Origin: Clostridia bacterium
GTDB taxonomy: Bacteria > Bacillota > Clostridia > Oscillospirales > CAG-272
NCBI GenBank assembly: GCA_017532025.1
Contig: JAFXJX010000058.1
Location: 5,058 to 69,057, forward strand
Length of the DNA: 64,000 nucleotides
Direction: 5' to 3'
In this document: positions 19,885 through 30,955 of the stretch, in pieces
How positions within the stretch are numbered: the first letter of the stretch is position 1
Layout of the letters: every line of letters starts with the position of its first letter
Made by a program: the position numbers and the translations under genes
The notes under the pieces: generated by a model
What the model saw: the letters and a program-made list of their open reading frames with translations, nothing else
Database searches by the model: none
What the model was told of the DNA's origin: nothing

Positions 19885-22800
19885 TCACTCTTCGTCATCG
19901 GCGTAATCGTCACCATAGAGCGATTCGTCCGCATAGCCGTAATCATCTTCCATACCGATATCTTCGGGGTTGATATCGGGATTTTCTTCAATCGAAGAAT
20001 CGAAGAAATCATCGGTCATAACCGTTTCGCCTACCTCGATGTTTTCGGAAACGTAAGGAAGATCTTCTTCCTCACCAATCTTGGCAAGCTCAATTTCATT
20101 GCCGTCCTTGTCAAGCACCTTGATGTCAAGACAGAGCGACTGCAATTCTTTCACAAGCACGCGGAAGGATTCGGGCACACCCGGTGTGGGGATGTTCTGA
20201 CCCTTCACGATGGCTTCGTAGGTCTTGGTACGTCCTGTTACGTCGTCAGACTTAACAGTCAGAATTTCCTGAAGTGTATAAGCTGCGCCGTAAGCTTCAA
20301 GCGCCCAAACTTCCATTTCACCGAAACGCTGACCGCCAAACTGCGCTTTACCGCCGAGAGGCTGCTGGGTAACGAGAGAGTACGGACCGATCGAACGAGC
20401 GTGAATCTTTTCGTCAACCAGGTGGTGGAGCTTGAGGTAGTACATGATACCTACGGTTACGGGGTTATCAAAACGGTCACCGGTTCTGCCGTCGTAAAGG
20501 ATCGACTTACCGTCAACGATCTTGAGGGTGCCCTCATCCACCATAGCCTTAACCCAAGCGTCATCGCGTTCAATATCCTGATATACGGGAGCATAATACT
20601 TCTTGCCCGCATCGTCTGTCTTTTCCACAAAGGAAACAGGCTCGTAAGCCACTTCGCCTTCTTCATTTGTCACAGCAACAAAGATGTTCTTGTTGGAAAT
20701 GAATTCGTTGGGAAGCACGTCGCGGTACATACCGGCAAGCTTCATGCATTCGGTAATGTCTTTTTCGGTTGCGCCGTCAAACACGGGAGTCATGATCTTC
20801 CAGCCGAGTTTTCTTGCGGCAATACCAAGGTGTACTTCGAGTACCTGACCGATGTTCATACGAGAAGGTACGCCCATCGGGTTCAGTACGATATCAAGCG
20901 GTGTGCCATCCTTAAGGAACGGCATATCTTCGGGAGGAAGAATTCTCGAAACGACACCCTTGTTACCGTGACGACCCGCCATCTTGTCACCAACAGAGAT
21001 CTTTCTCTTTTGCGCAACGTAAACGCGAACAACCTTGTTCACGCCGGGAGGAAGCTCGTCGCCGGCTTCTCTTGAGAAGACCTTAACGTCCACAACAATA
21101 CCGCTCTGACCGTGAGGCAGACGGAAGGAAGTGTCTCTGACTTCTCTTGCTTTTTCACCGAAGATGGCACGAAGCAGTCTTTCTTCGGCGGTCAGCTCGG
21201 TTTCACCCTTAGGTGTTACCTTACCAACAAGGATATCCCCTGCTCTGACCTCAGTACCCTTGAGAACGATACCTTCGGCGTTGAGATACTTGAGCGCATC
21301 GTCACCGACGTTGGGAATTTCACGGGTGATTTCTTCCGGGCCGAGCTTGGTGTCTCTTGCTTCGTGAGAGTATTCCTCAATGTGGATCGAGGTGTACATA
21401 TCTTCACGAACCAGACGCTCATTCAGAAGAACGGCGTCTTCGTAGTTATAACCTTCCCAAGTCATAAAGCCGATCAGAGCATTCTTACCGAGCGCGATTT
21501 CGCCGCCTTCGGTCGCAGGACCGTCGGCAATCACGCGGCCTGCATCAATATATTCGCCTTCATTGATGATCGGGCGCTGATTGATACAAGTACCCTGGTT
21601 GGTTCTCTTGAACTTGGTGAGACGGTATTCATCTTTTCTGCCGCTGTCGGTGCGGATGATGATTTCATCAGCCGTTACCTTTTCGGCAACGCCGGATTCA
21701 CGGCATACGATCACAACGCCGGAATCAACGGCAGCTTTGTATTCCATACCTGTGCCGACGATCGGGCTGTCGCAGGTGAGAAGCGGCACTGCCTGCTTCT
21801 GCATGTTCGCACCCATGAGCGCACGGGAGTTGTCGTCGCTTTCCAGGAAAGGAATGTGAGAGGTTGCCACAGACATAACCATCTTCGGCGAAACGTCCAT
21901 GTAATCGGCAAGCTCCGCTTCAACCTCAAGAATCTCGGAACGGTGACGGGCGGTTACCTTTTTGTTAACAAAGCACTTGTTTTCATCAAGGGGCTCGTTT
22001 GCCTGCGCGATAATGTAGTTGTCTTCCATATCGGCGGTCATGTATTCGATGGTATCCGAAACTCTGCCGGTTTCTTTATCGATCTTACGGTAAGGCGCTT
22101 CAATGAAGCCGTACTCGTTGATCTTGGCATAGGTCGAGAGATAGGAGATCAGACCGATGTTAGGACCTTCAGGTGTTTCGATCGGGCACATTCTTCCGTA
22201 GTGCGTATAGTGAACGTCACGCACGTCAAAAGAAGCGCGGTCACGCGAAAGACCGCCGGGACCGAGAGCCGAAAGACGGCGCTTGTGGGTCAGCTCGGCA
22301 AGGGGGTTGTTCTGGTCCATGAACTGCGACAAGGGGGACGATCCGAAGAAGTCACGGATGGCAGTTACAATGGGTCTGATATTGATGAGCGCTTCGGGAG
22401 AAACCGAGTCGGTGTCCTGAATGGTCATGCGCTCTTTTACGATCTTATCCATTCTGGAGAAGCCGATGCGAAGCTGGTTCTGCAGAAGCTCACCCACCGA
22501 ACGCAGACGACGGTTACCGAGGTGGTCAATATCGTCCACAGTACCGATACCGTGGGAGAGTGTGATAAGATAGTTGATAGAAGCGAGAATGTCAGCTTTG
22601 GTGATGTGCTTGGGAGTGAGTTCCGCTACGCGGTCGCGGCAGGCCTTAAGAACCGCTTCTTTATCGTCACCGCAAGCTTCAATGATTTCTTCAAGAACCG
22701 ATTTGATAACCTTTTCCTTGATGCCAACAGACTTCAGATCATAACCGAGAAGTGCTTCGGCAGGAATGGTGCCGTTCGAGAAGACTTTAACTTCTTCACC

Positions 22801-23841
22801 GTGCTCGGAATAAACGTATGCTTCGTTAACGCCGTTGAATTCAATGGTAGCTGCAAGCTCTGCCGAAACAGTTTCACCGTCCATTGCGAGAATTTCGCCG
22901 GTGATGGGGCTTGCGATCGGACGTGCGAGAACCAAGCCTTTGATACGGGTGGCAATCGACATCTTCTTGTTGAACTTGTAACGGCCAACGTTCGCAAGGT
23001 CATATCTCTTGGGATCAAAGAAGAGATTGTTAACCAAGGTTTCAGCCGATTCAACAAGCGGAGGCTCGCCGGGGCGGAGCTTTCTGTAAATCTCTTTGAG
23101 CGCTTCGTCTCTTGCGGTGGAGCCGTTCTTCACAGCTTCGGCATTCATACCGTCTTTTTCAACAGTTGCCTTTACCTTCGAGTCCTCACCAAAGAGCTCG
23201 TAAATCTCAGCATCGCTTCCGTTCGATTCGCTGAGTGCGCGAACAAGAACGGTCACCGGGATCTTTCTGTTTTTATCAATACGAACAGAGAATACATCAT
23301 TGGCATCGGTTTCGTATTCAAGCCATGCACCTCTGTAAGGGATGACGGTGGCCATGTACACCTTTTTGCCCGATTTATCAATTGCACTGTCGTAGTACAT
23401 ACCGGGAGAACGTACGATCTGCGAGACCACAACACGCTCTGCACCGTTGATGATGAAGGTACCGTTGTCTGTCATAAGCGGGAAATCGCCCATGAAGATT
23501 TCCTTTTCCTTCACTTCCTGTGTTTCCTTATTATAAAGGCGCACGGTAACTCTCAAAGGAGCCGCGAAGTTCACATCGCGTTCTTTGCATTCTTCCTCGG
23601 GGTATTTGGGGCTTTTTTCATCGATGCTGTAGTCCACAAACTCGATGAACAGGTTGCCGGAATAATCCACGATCGGCGAAACGTCGCTGAGAACTTCGCG
23701 AAGTCCCTCTTCAATAAACCATCTGTACGATTTTTTCTGAACGTCAAGAAGGTTGGGAACACCGATTGCTTCGTCGATTTTGGCAAAGCTCATGCGCTGT
23801 TTTGTGCCGAGCATCACCGGCTTGACCGATAAATTTGCCAT
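19885..23841 (-). CDS. rpoB: RNA polymerase beta subunit
   Basis: [31 protein letters not shown] and GGQRFGEME motifs; RBS GGAGG. Confidence 0.99.
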   Translation of the reverse strand: MANLSVKPVMLGTKQRMSFAKIDEAIGVPNLLDVQKKSYRWFIEEGLREVLSDVSPIVDYSGNLFIEFVDYSIDEKSPKYPEEECKERDVNFAAPLRVTVRLYNKETQEVKEKEIFMGDFPLMTDNGTFIINGAERVVVSQIVRSPGMYYDSAIDKSGKKVYMATVIPYRGAWLEYETDANDVFSVRIDKNRKIPVTVLVRALSESNGSDAEIYELFGEDSKVKATVEKDGMNAEAVKNGSTARDEALKEIYRKLRPGEPPLVESAETLVNNLFFDPKRYDLANVGRYKFNKKMSIATRIKGLVLARPIASPITGEILAMDGETVSAELAATIEFNGVNEAYVYSEHGEEVKVFSNGTIPAEALLGYDLKSVGIKEKVIKSVLEEIIEACGDDKEAVLKACRDRVAELTPKHITKADILASINYLITLSHGIGTVDDIDHLGNRRLRSVGELLQNQLRIGFSRMDKIVKERMTIQDTDSVSPEALINIRPIVTAIRDFFGSSPLSQFMDQNNPLAELTHKRRLSALGPGGLSRDRASFDVRDVHYTHYGRMCPIETPEGPNIGLISYLSTYAKINEYGFIEAPYRKIDKETGRVSDTIEYMTADMEDNYIIAQANEPLDENKCFVNKKVTARHRSEILEVEAELADYMDVSPKMVMSVATSHIPFLESDDNSRALMGANMQKQAVPLLTCDSPIVGTGMEYKAAVDSGVVIVCRESGVAEKVTADEIIIRTDSGRKDEYRLTKFKRTNQGTCINQRPIINEGEYIDAGRVIADGPATEGGEIALGKNALIGFMTWEGYNYEDAVLLNERLVREDMYTSIHIEEYSHEARDTKLGPEEITREIPNVGDDALKYLNAEGIVLKGTEVRAGDILVGKVTPKGETELTAEERLLRAIFGEKAREVRDTSFRLPHGQSGIVVDVKVFSREAGDELPPGVNKVVRVYVAQKRKISVGDKMAGRHGNKGVVSRILPPEDMPFLKDGTPLDIVLNPMGVPSRMNIGQVLEVHLGIAARKLGWKIMTPVFDGATEKDITECMKLAGMYRDVLPNEFISNKNIFVAVTNEEGEVAYEPVSFVEKTDDAGKKYYAPVYQDIERDDAWVKAMVDEGTLKIVDGKSILYDGRTGDRFDNPVTVGIMYYLKLHHLVDEKIHARSIGPYSLVTQQPLGGKAQFGGQRFGEMEVWALEAYGAAYTLQEILTVKSDDVTGRTKTYEAIVKGQNIPTPGVPESFRVLVKELQSLCLDIKVLDKDGNEIELAKIGEEEDLPYVSENIEVGETVMTDDFFDSSIEENPDINPEDIGMEDDYGYADESLYGDDYADDEE

Positions 23842-24155
23842 GTTCAATCCTCCATTTTTCAGCAAATAAATAGACCATATCCCAAAAAAGCCTCGTATCG
23901 TTCACAAATAATTTACAATTTGTTAATCTCACGGCATGCTGGTTACAGCCGATTTTGAAAGGCAGCTTGTAAAGATTGCAAACGACGAACAGCGTGATTC
24001 GGAATATGACCTTCCTGCTTTGCATATTTTCATCGGATTCTGTCGAAAACGCGCTTCAATCCTGTGCAAACTTCCAATCCCTTCTGACCAAAAAAGAAGA
24101 TGGAAATTCACGCCAAGCGCTAAAGTGGCATTCTATCCGATTTTAAGTGTACCCT

Positions 24156-24184
24156 ACTATAGCACAGAAGAAATTTTTTGTCAA
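24156..24184 (-). promoter_or_regulatory. sigma-A promoter of rpoBC
   Basis: TTGACA-N17-TATAGT with TG extension; implies a 5' leader of about 310 nt. Confidence 0.75.
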
Positions 24185-24298
24185 GGTCTTTTTTAAAAAT
24201 TTTTTCACTTTTTTTCAAAAAGGTATTGCTTTTTGTTCTCAAACGTGATAGTATAAATAGGTATCTGAATTTGAACCTTGAATAAGGAGGTGGACAAT

Positions 24299-24577
24299 TT
24301 GGCAAACGAAAAGAAGGTTAAGCTTGATTCCGCCAAGAAGAGAGTGATTACTTCCAAGACCAAGAATCTCAGAAACAGAATGTTCAAGTCTGCTTTCAAG
24401 ACTCTCATCAAGAAGTATGAAACCACTGTTGCAAGCGGTGACAAGGAAGCTGCTACCGTACTTTACACCATGGTCGTTAAGAAGACCGACCAGGCTGCTG
24501 CCAAAGGTATTATTCACGCGAATAATGCAGCAAGAAAGAAGAGCCGTTTCACAACCATGCTCAACGCAATGGCATAA
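24299..24577 (+). CDS. rpsT: 30S ribosomal protein S20
   Basis: TTG start after AAGGAGGTG; SAKKRV...RN...KS, DQAAAKGIIHANNAARKKSR. Confidence 0.97.
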   Translation: MANEKKVKLDSAKKRVITSKTKNLRNRMFKSAFKTLIKKYETTVASGDKEAATVLYTMVVKKTDQAAAKGIIHANNAARKKSRFTTMLNAMA

Positions 24578-24600
24578 GGCTCGTCATAACAGAACAGCAA

Positions 24601-24633
24601 CAACCCGACAGGACAAGTCCTGTCGGGTTGTTT
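24601..24633 (+). terminator. rpsT terminator
   Basis: CAACCCGACAGGAC-AA-GTCCTGTCGGGTTG followed by TTT. Confidence 0.8.
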
Positions 24634-24653
24634 GCGTTATGCCCAATTCTTTC

Positions 24654-24971
24654 TCAATAGGTTGCCGTCAGCGTAAGGTCTTCAAGATCAAGTTCCATAA
24701 AAACAAGCCCACGCCAAGCATCCATAAATGCCCTGCTCGCCGGCTCATTTGACAAAGCCAAAGCACGAATCGATAAAAAATAACCTTGCGGCAATTCTTT
24801 TTCTATCAACACCTGTGGTGACAGAACTTTAGAAAGCCACGTATAATCACCCTCTAAAAGTGACACCACATTATCATATCCGTTTTTTGAAAAAAACACC
24901 GTAAGAACCGCCACTTGTTCCGGCAAAACGATATGTTCTTTCACACCCGCACAGCAAAGATCAATTGTCAT
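24654..24971 (-). CDS. Hypothetical protein, coupled to the upstream XRE gene
   Basis: The ATG overlaps the XRE 3' end and follows GAGGTGG; no family recognised. Confidence 0.55.
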   Translation of the reverse strand: MTIDLCCAGVKEHIVLPEQVAVLTVFFSKNGYDNVVSLLEGDYTWLSKVLSPQVLIEKELPQGYFLSIRALALSNEPASRAFMDAWRGLVFMELDLEDLTLTATY

Positions 24972-25473
24972 AATCAACCACCTCAAGAGAGATACGGACA
25001 GAAGCATCCGAGCCGGACTCCGCTTCCATAATACAGCCAACCGTACCGTTTTTGATCAATTCAATCGCTTCTTTGACAGATGGTGCATCCTCCCCGAAAA
25101 GTGATTCCAAACCTCCCGACTCTTCCGCCCTGCGCAAAACAAGACTCACGGGAAAACGTAAAATGACCTTACCTTTTTTATTCTGTGTTTCATCAGAAGC
25201 AAGTATTTTAAACACCAAAACACGCTTTCCGTATTCACCGCCCAAGGCTTCCCTTACCGGCACCACAGCATCCTCGCCGTTAAAAAGAGCATCCATCGAA
25301 ATGTCAAAAATAGCTGCAAGCTTTTGCAATCCATCGGGATCAGGATAGGAAAGATCGTTTTCCCACTTAGAGACAGCCTGTGAGGTCACGTTCATTTTTT
25401 CAGCAAGCCCCTCCTGTGTGATTCCCATCTTTTTGCGATAATAAGCAATATTTTGTCCAATGCTTTTTTTCAT
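24961..25473 (-). CDS. XRE-family HTH regulator with small C-terminal domain
   Basis: IGQNIAYYRKK.GITQEGLAEKMNVTSQAVSKWENDLSYPD. Confidence 0.85.
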   Translation of the reverse strand: MKKSIGQNIAYYRKKMGITQEGLAEKMNVTSQAVSKWENDLSYPDPDGLQKLAAIFDISMDALFNGEDAVVPVREALGGEYGKRVLVFKILASDETQNKKGKVILRFPVSLVLRRAEESGGLESLFGEDAPSVKEAIELIKNGTVGCIMEAESGSDASVRISLEVVDYDN

Positions 25474-25621
25474 TATTGTATTTCCTTTCCATACGGTATT
25501 CGTCACAGCGCCTTTGACAAGATCATTGTAGCGCAACCAAGCACCAAAAGCCACCGACAAAAAGTTGAATTTCACTATTTTGACTCAACAGTTTGTTGTA
25601 TTTCCAAAAAACTCTTTGGTA

Positions 25622-26398
25622 TCAATCAATACCAAAGAGTCTTTTTGCGTTTTCGGTTGTTTGGTTCACAAAATCCTCGTACCCTACCCCGCGAAGCTCT
25701 GCCGCTTTCGCCGCGGTGTACTTCACGTAGCCCGAATGGTTCATCTTGCCACGCATCGGCACAGGCGAAAGATAGGGACAATCGGTCTCCACCAAAATTC
25801 TGTCAGCAGGAATGGTCGGCACCACCTCGGCAAGACGCGTAGCGTTCTTATAGGTGATCACACCCGAAAAAGAAATATACCAGCCGCGCTTGATGAGTTC
25901 TTTTGCCATTTCCGCACTGCCCGAATAGGAGTGAAGCACACCGATCACGTTGGGATGGCGTAAGATCATATCCATCGTCGCGCCGTGCGCTTCCCTGTCG
26001 TGAATGATCACGGGGAGAGAGAGCTTTTCGGCAAGTGCCATTTGTCTTTCAAAATAAAAGGCCTGCACCTCGGGTGAGGGATTGTCCTCCCAATAAAAGT
26101 CAAACCCAATCTCGCCGATGGCTTTCACCTTTGGTGATTTTGCAAGCGCTTCGATCTCGGCAATTGCCGCCTCACGGTCGGAATACTCACCACAGTTTTG
26201 CGGATGAATGCCAACCGCCGCGTAATAATTTGAAAACTTCGCCGCCGTGTCAATCGTAAAACGCGAGGTTTCGCCGTTGACCGCCGCACCGAGAATGTAA
26301 TCCACCTCATCACGAAGAAGGCTTTCAATCAGATCATATCGACCGATCTCATCAAACTTATCGTCATCATAATGCGTGTGCGTATCAAAAAGTTTCAT
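25622..26398 (-). CDS. tatD: TatD family hydrolase
   Basis: FDTHTH, AVGIHP, IGEIGFD, IIHDREAH, VLHSYSG and LVETDCPYLSP motifs. Confidence 0.95.
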   Translation of the reverse strand: MKLFDTHTHYDDDKFDEIGRYDLIESLLRDEVDYILGAAVNGETSRFTIDTAAKFSNYYAAVGIHPQNCGEYSDREAAIAEIEALAKSPKVKAIGEIGFDFYWEDNPSPEVQAFYFERQMALAEKLSLPVIIHDREAHGATMDMILRHPNVIGVLHSYSGSAEMAKELIKRGWYISFSGVITYKNATRLAEVVPTIPADRILVETDCPYLSPVPMRGKMNHSGYVKYTAAKAAELRGVGYEDFVNQTTENAKRLFGID

Positions 26399-26412
26399 AA
26401 GACTTACCTTTA

Positions 26413-27339
26413 TTATATCTTACTGTCTTCGAGTTTTTCAAGAAGCATCTTGAAATAATCGGGAAGCTCGCTTTCAAAAAAGAGCTCTTCCCCGCTTCTC
26501 GGATGCACAAAGCCAATCGTTTTGGCGTGCAAGCACTGACCCGAAACCAGCTTGGCATTTTGCTCTTCAAACTTACTTTTTCCACCGCCGTACACCGTGT
26601 CGCCAAACACAGGATGTCCCGTACTTGAAAGATGCACGCGAATTTGATGGGTACGCCCGGTTTCGAGCCGCAAGCGTAAATGCGTATAGCCCTGATAGCG
26701 ATTAAGTACGCGCCAATGGGTCACAGCTTCCCTGCCTCCCATCACAACTGCCATCTTTTTTCTATCAACAGGGTGGCGCGCAATCGGTGCGTTGACAGTA
26801 CCCTCATCCTCACGAAAGCCGCCCACGGCAAGCGCTTCGTATTCACGAAGGAAAGAATGCACGCGAATCTGCTCGGCAAGATGGTTGTGAGCAAAATCAT
26901 TTTTGGCAACGATCAAAAGTCCCGAGGTATCCTTATCAATACGATGTACAATGCCCGGACGAATCACGCCGTTGATTCCGGAAAGCGAACCTTTACAATG
27001 GTAAAGTAGCGCATTCACAAGCGTGCCCGTGTAGTTGCCCGGCGCAGGATGCACCACCATGCCCTTTGGCTTGTTCACCACAAGAAGGTCACTGTCCTCA
27101 TACACAATTTCAAGCGGAATGTCCTCCGCTTCAATTGCCACATCCACAGGCTCGGGAATGTTGATTTCCACCTTGTCACCAACGCGCAAAGCGTAGCTTT
27201 TTGAAACCTTTTCGCCATTGACCGTGATGCTTTGATTTTCGATATATTTTTGAATAGCGGAGCGTGTTAAATCTTCACGCTCCGCCACAAATCTATCAAT
27301 GCGTTTTCCGATATCCTCGGATGTCGGTATGTGTAACAT
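26413..27339 (-). CDS. rluD: RluA-family pseudouridine synthase (RluD-like, S4 domain)
   Basis: RIDRFV, NKPKGMVVHP, VHRIDKDTSG and LETGRTHQIRVH motifs. Confidence 0.92.
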   Translation of the reverse strand: MLHIPTSEDIGKRIDRFVAEREDLTRSAIQKYIENQSITVNGEKVSKSYALRVGDKVEINIPEPVDVAIEAEDIPLEIVYEDSDLLVVNKPKGMVVHPAPGNYTGTLVNALLYHCKGSLSGINGVIRPGIVHRIDKDTSGLLIVAKNDFAHNHLAEQIRVHSFLREYEALAVGGFREDEGTVNAPIARHPVDRKKMAVVMGGREAVTHWRVLNRYQGYTHLRLRLETGRTHQIRVHLSSTGHPVFGDTVYGGGKSKFEEQNAKLVSGQCLHAKTIGFVHPRSGEELFFESELPDYFKMLLEKLEDSKI

Positions 27340-27361
27340 GATAACTCCGATTCTTTTGTGT

Positions 27362-27979
27362 TTACTCGTCCTTTGCTGCATCGGCTTCTTCACCGTCAAG
27401 CAGCGCAAGCTCACGAAGATCGTCTTCATCCTCGCTGATGGCATCAAGCTCCACAAGCTCGTCTCGTTCAGAAGACTTTTTGTTGGTGCGGTATTCTTTC
27501 ACAAGATCCATGATCAGGCACAGCACCACAAGAGCGGCTCCCACGCAAACAGCCACGTCTGCCACGTTAAAGACCCACTTCCAAAACGAGAACAAATGGA
27601 AATCAAAAAAGTCTGTGACAACGTACTGTCCCGCCGCGTTCTGATTGAAAAGACGCTCGTACATATTGCCGATACCGCCGCCCATGATCATCGCCATCGA
27701 AATGCCGAACAAACGGTTAATCGATTTGCGGTACTTCACAAGATAAACGGCAATGGCAATGATTGCCACCGTCGAAAAGATCATAAAGACCCAACGGTTG
27801 CTCGCAAAGCTGCCCATGGCAGCCCCGGGATTTTCCACATAACGGAAGCGAAACACCCCGGGAATGATGTTAATCACGTCTCCGCTCATGAGGACCTCGC
27901 TTCCCTTCACCAAAAACTTGGTGAAAAGGTCGGCAAAGACCACAAGCAGAGCCACGCCAAAATACAAAATCAGATTCAT
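27362..27979 (-). CDS. lspA: Lipoprotein signal peptidase II with acidic C-terminal tail
   Basis: ADLFTK, ENPGAAMG, GGIGNMYER, VTDFF and FNVAD motifs; directly follows ileS. Confidence 0.93.
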   Translation of the reverse strand: MNLILYFGVALLVVFADLFTKFLVKGSEVLMSGDVINIIPGVFRFRYVENPGAAMGSFASNRWVFMIFSTVAIIAIAVYLVKYRKSINRLFGISMAMIMGGGIGNMYERLFNQNAAGQYVVTDFFDFHLFSFWKWVFNVADVAVCVGAALVVLCLIMDLVKEYRTNKKSSERDELVELDAISEDEDDLRELALLDGEEADAAKDE

Positions 27980-30762
27980 TAGATATTCTTCTTGCAGCGG
28001 CGGCAAATTCTGCCTTCGCCGTCTTCCACAATGTCAGTCGTGTACATCCAGCAGCGGTCGCACTTTTCGCCGTCTGCGTTTTCCACAAGAACAGCAAGTG
28101 TCTTGTCTTCGTTCACAAATGCGCCTTCAGCCACATCAGCATCGCTGATTGCCACCTGCGATACAATGCAGATGGTAGCAAGCTCATCTTTGAATTCATC
28201 AAGAAGCGCCTTGTTTTCGCCGGTGGCAAAGATGGTGATCTTCGCGTCAAGCGACTTACCGATCTTCTTTTCGGCACGGGCAATTTCAAGGGCTTTCATG
28301 ATGTCATCACGCAGAACAAAGAGCTTGTTGTACTTTTCTTCATCCGCAAATGCCACATCCTGTACGGTAGGCATATCGTTGAGAAGCACGTGTTCTTTGT
28401 TTTCGGATGCCGAGTGAGGCATGATCTTCCAGATTTCGTTTGCGGTATAGGAAAGGATCGGCGCGATGATGCGTGTAAGCGAGGAAAGAATGGTGTAAAG
28501 TGCGGTCTGTGCGCTTCTTCTTGCAAAAGAATCCTTCTTTTCCACATAAACGCGGTCCTTGGTGATGTCGATATACAGCTTCGACATATCGGTGGTACAG
28601 AAATTCACCACAGCCTGTGTCACAAGATGGAAGTCATAGTTTGCATACGCCTTTTCAGCATCCGCCACAAGACGGTTGAGGCGAGAAAGCGCCCACTTGT
28701 CAAGCGCGAGCATATCTTCGTATGCTACCATATCGGTATCGGGATTGAAGTCAGTACCGTTGTCACCGATGTTTGCAAGGATGATTCTTGCGGTGTTACG
28801 GATCTTGCGGTATGCTTCGGAAAGCTGTGCAAAGATCGCATCCGAAACACGAACGTCCACGCGGTAGTCGCTCGATGCCACCCACAGACGCACAAGGTCT
28901 GCGCCGTACTTCTTGATCATGTCTTCAGGGTAAATGCTGTTACCGAGAGACTTGTGCATTGCCTTACCTTCGCCGTCAACCACCCAACCGTGTGTCAGAA
29001 CAGCCTTGTAAGGCGCACCTTCGCCCTTTGCACCCACAGCGGTGAGAAGCGAGGACTGGAACCAACCTCTGTATTGGTCGCCGCCTTCAAGATAAAGGTC
29101 AGCAGGCCATCTTTGACCGTTTTCATCCTTGAGTACCACAAAGTGTGTGGAGCCCGAGTCAAACCAACCGTCAAGTGTGTCGGTTTCCTTGAAGAAGTGT
29201 GTGCCACCGCAGTGCGGGCAAACAAAGCCCTCGGGGGCAAATTCGGTCACATCCTTGAGATACCAGGCATTGCTTCCCTCTTTGGCAAAGATGTCAGAAA
29301 TACGGGAAATGGTTTCCTCGGTGCAGATCGGCTTTTTGCAGTCTTCGCAGTAGAACACAGGAATCGGCAGACCCCAATGGCGTTGACGGGAAATACACCA
29401 GTCGGCTCTTTCTTTGATCATCTGGGTCATGCGGTCGCCACCCCATGCAGGATTCCAAGTCACATCCTCGCAAGCCTTCACAGCCGCATCCTTGAATGCG
29501 TCAACCGAGCAGAACCACTGAGGTGTTGCACGGAAGATGATCGGCTGCTTACAACGCCAGCAGTGCGGATAGGAGTGCGTGAATTCTTCAGACGCAAAGA
29601 GCGCGCCTGTTTCTTTCATATCGGCAAGAATTGCCTTGTTGGATTCCTCATAGTAAAGACCTGCAAACTTGCCGGCATCGGCAGTCTGATAACCCTTGTC
29701 ATCAACAGGAACAATAATATCCATGTTGTAACGGCGGCAGGTCTGATAGTCGTCGGCACCGAAACCGGGCGCTGTGTGAACGCAGCCTGTACCCGAATCC
29801 ATGGTGACGTATTCCGCGTTCACGATGAGACTTTCTCTGTCAAGGAACGGATGCTGTGCGGTCATGTATTCAAAGAACGAGCCGGGCATGGTAGCTTCTA
29901 CGGTATAGTTTTCAATGCCGCCCGCCTTCATGGTCTTTTCAATCAAAGCTTCGGCAATGATATAACGCTCGCCGTTTTCAGCCTTCACAACAGCATAGCT
30001 GTCACGGGGATGAAGCGCAATCGCAAGATTGCCGGGGAGAGTCCATGTGGTGGTGGTCCAGATGATAAAGTAAGTATTGGCAAAATCACCAAGCTTACCG
30101 GCATCATTTTTAACGGCAAACTTCACGTAAATCGAGGTACAAGCATCATCCTTGTATTCGATTTCCGCTTCGGCAAGCGCGGTTTCGTCATGGTTACACC
30201 AATACACAGGCTTAAGACCCTTGTAGATATAACCCTTTTCAAACATCTTGCCAAATACCTTAACCTCTTCTGCCTCAAATTCGGGAGCCATGGTGGTATA
30301 AGGCTTTTTCCAATCGGCAATCACACCAAGACGGCGGAAGGATGCCATCTGAATGTCAATATAGTTCTGTGCAAACTTTTCGCACTGCGAACGGAATTCA
30401 GCAATCGACATCTTCTTTCTGTCAAGCTTGTTTTTCTTAATGATCGCGCTTTCGATCGGCATACCGTGGTTATCCCAACCGGGGGTAAACGGCACAGAGT
30501 AGCCTGTCATCATTTTGTTTTTGTTGATAATATCCTTGAGGATCTTGTTCATGGCAGTACCCATGTGGATGTTGCCGTTCGAAAAAGGAGGTCCGTCGTG
30601 CAGAATAAAGAGCGGCTTGCCCTCGTTCTTTGCACAAATCTTTTCGTAAAGGTCCATGCCTTCCCATTCTTTGAGCATTTCAGGCTCTCTCTGGGGCAGA
30701 CCTGCGCGCATTGCAAATGCCGTTTTCGGCAGATTCAGTGAGCTTGTGTAATCTTTAGCCAT
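27979..30762 (-). CDS. ileS: Isoleucyl-tRNA synthetase (type 1)
   Basis: LHDGPP, WTTTTWTLP, GTGCVHTAPGFG, DWCISRQR and EGGDQYRGWFQSS motifs, plus a C-terminal C.RC...C.RC zinc finger. Confidence 0.98.
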   Translation of the reverse strand: MAKDYTSSLNLPKTAFAMRAGLPQREPEMLKEWEGMDLYEKICAKNEGKPLFILHDGPPFSNGNIHMGTAMNKILKDIINKNKMMTGYSVPFTPGWDNHGMPIESAIIKKNKLDRKKMSIAEFRSQCEKFAQNYIDIQMASFRRLGVIADWKKPYTTMAPEFEAEEVKVFGKMFEKGYIYKGLKPVYWCNHDETALAEAEIEYKDDACTSIYVKFAVKNDAGKLGDFANTYFIIWTTTTWTLPGNLAIALHPRDSYAVVKAENGERYIIAEALIEKTMKAGGIENYTVEATMPGSFFEYMTAQHPFLDRESLIVNAEYVTMDSGTGCVHTAPGFGADDYQTCRRYNMDIIVPVDDKGYQTADAGKFAGLYYEESNKAILADMKETGALFASEEFTHSYPHCWRCKQPIIFRATPQWFCSVDAFKDAAVKACEDVTWNPAWGGDRMTQMIKERADWCISRQRHWGLPIPVFYCEDCKKPICTEETISRISDIFAKEGSNAWYLKDVTEFAPEGFVCPHCGGTHFFKETDTLDGWFDSGSTHFVVLKDENGQRWPADLYLEGGDQYRGWFQSSLLTAVGAKGEGAPYKAVLTHGWVVDGEGKAMHKSLGNSIYPEDMIKKYGADLVRLWVASSDYRVDVRVSDAIFAQLSEAYRKIRNTARIILANIGDNGTDFNPDTDMVAYEDMLALDKWALSRLNRLVADAEKAYANYDFHLVTQAVVNFCTTDMSKLYIDITKDRVYVEKKDSFARRSAQTALYTILSSLTRIIAPILSYTANEIWKIMPHSASENKEHVLLNDMPTVQDVAFADEEKYNKLFVLRDDIMKALEIARAEKKIGKSLDAKITIFATGENKALLDEFKDELATICIVSQVAISDADVAEGAFVNEDKTLAVLVENADGEKCDRCWMYTTDIVEDGEGRICRRCKKNI

Positions 30763-30898
30763 GTTGGTATAACCTAACTTTCCTAAAAAATAATATGTCA
30801 TTCTTCCGCATTTGGCGGATTCAGAAATATAATAACAAAATTCAATCCAAAAACGAGTTTTTTCTCGCGAAAAAAGGTTTCGTAAAAAACCAAAACAT

Positions 30899-30938
30899 TC
30901 CGACCCCCTGTTTTTCACACAGCAAACAGGGTGTCGGA
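30899..30938 (-). terminator. Hairpin after divIVA
   Basis: TCCGAC.CCCTGTTT...AAACAGGGTGTCGGA inverted repeat. Confidence 0.6.
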
Positions 30939-30955
30939 GTCTGTATCATAAAAAT

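Noticed and set aside
22321-22350. RpoB SSPLSQF (Pro at the E. coli Q510-equivalent position) as acquired rifampicin resistance
   Set aside because: The key RRDR residues (Q513, D516, H526 and S531 equivalents) are wild type. I recall this variant as common in related Clostridia, so it is better read as a lineage trait.
16232-23832. Very long plus-strand ORFs (969 aa at 16232-19141, 416 aa at 19825-21075, 906 aa at 21112-23832)
   Set aside because: Antisense shadows of the highly codon-biased rpoC and rpoB, with no RBS or motifs.
28390-30741. 783-aa plus-strand ORF
   Set aside because: Antisense shadow of ileS.
30763-30955. Possible T-box upstream of ileS
   Set aside because: No T-box AANNAGGGTGGNACC motif or Stem I was seen; the hairpin present fits a divIVA terminator.
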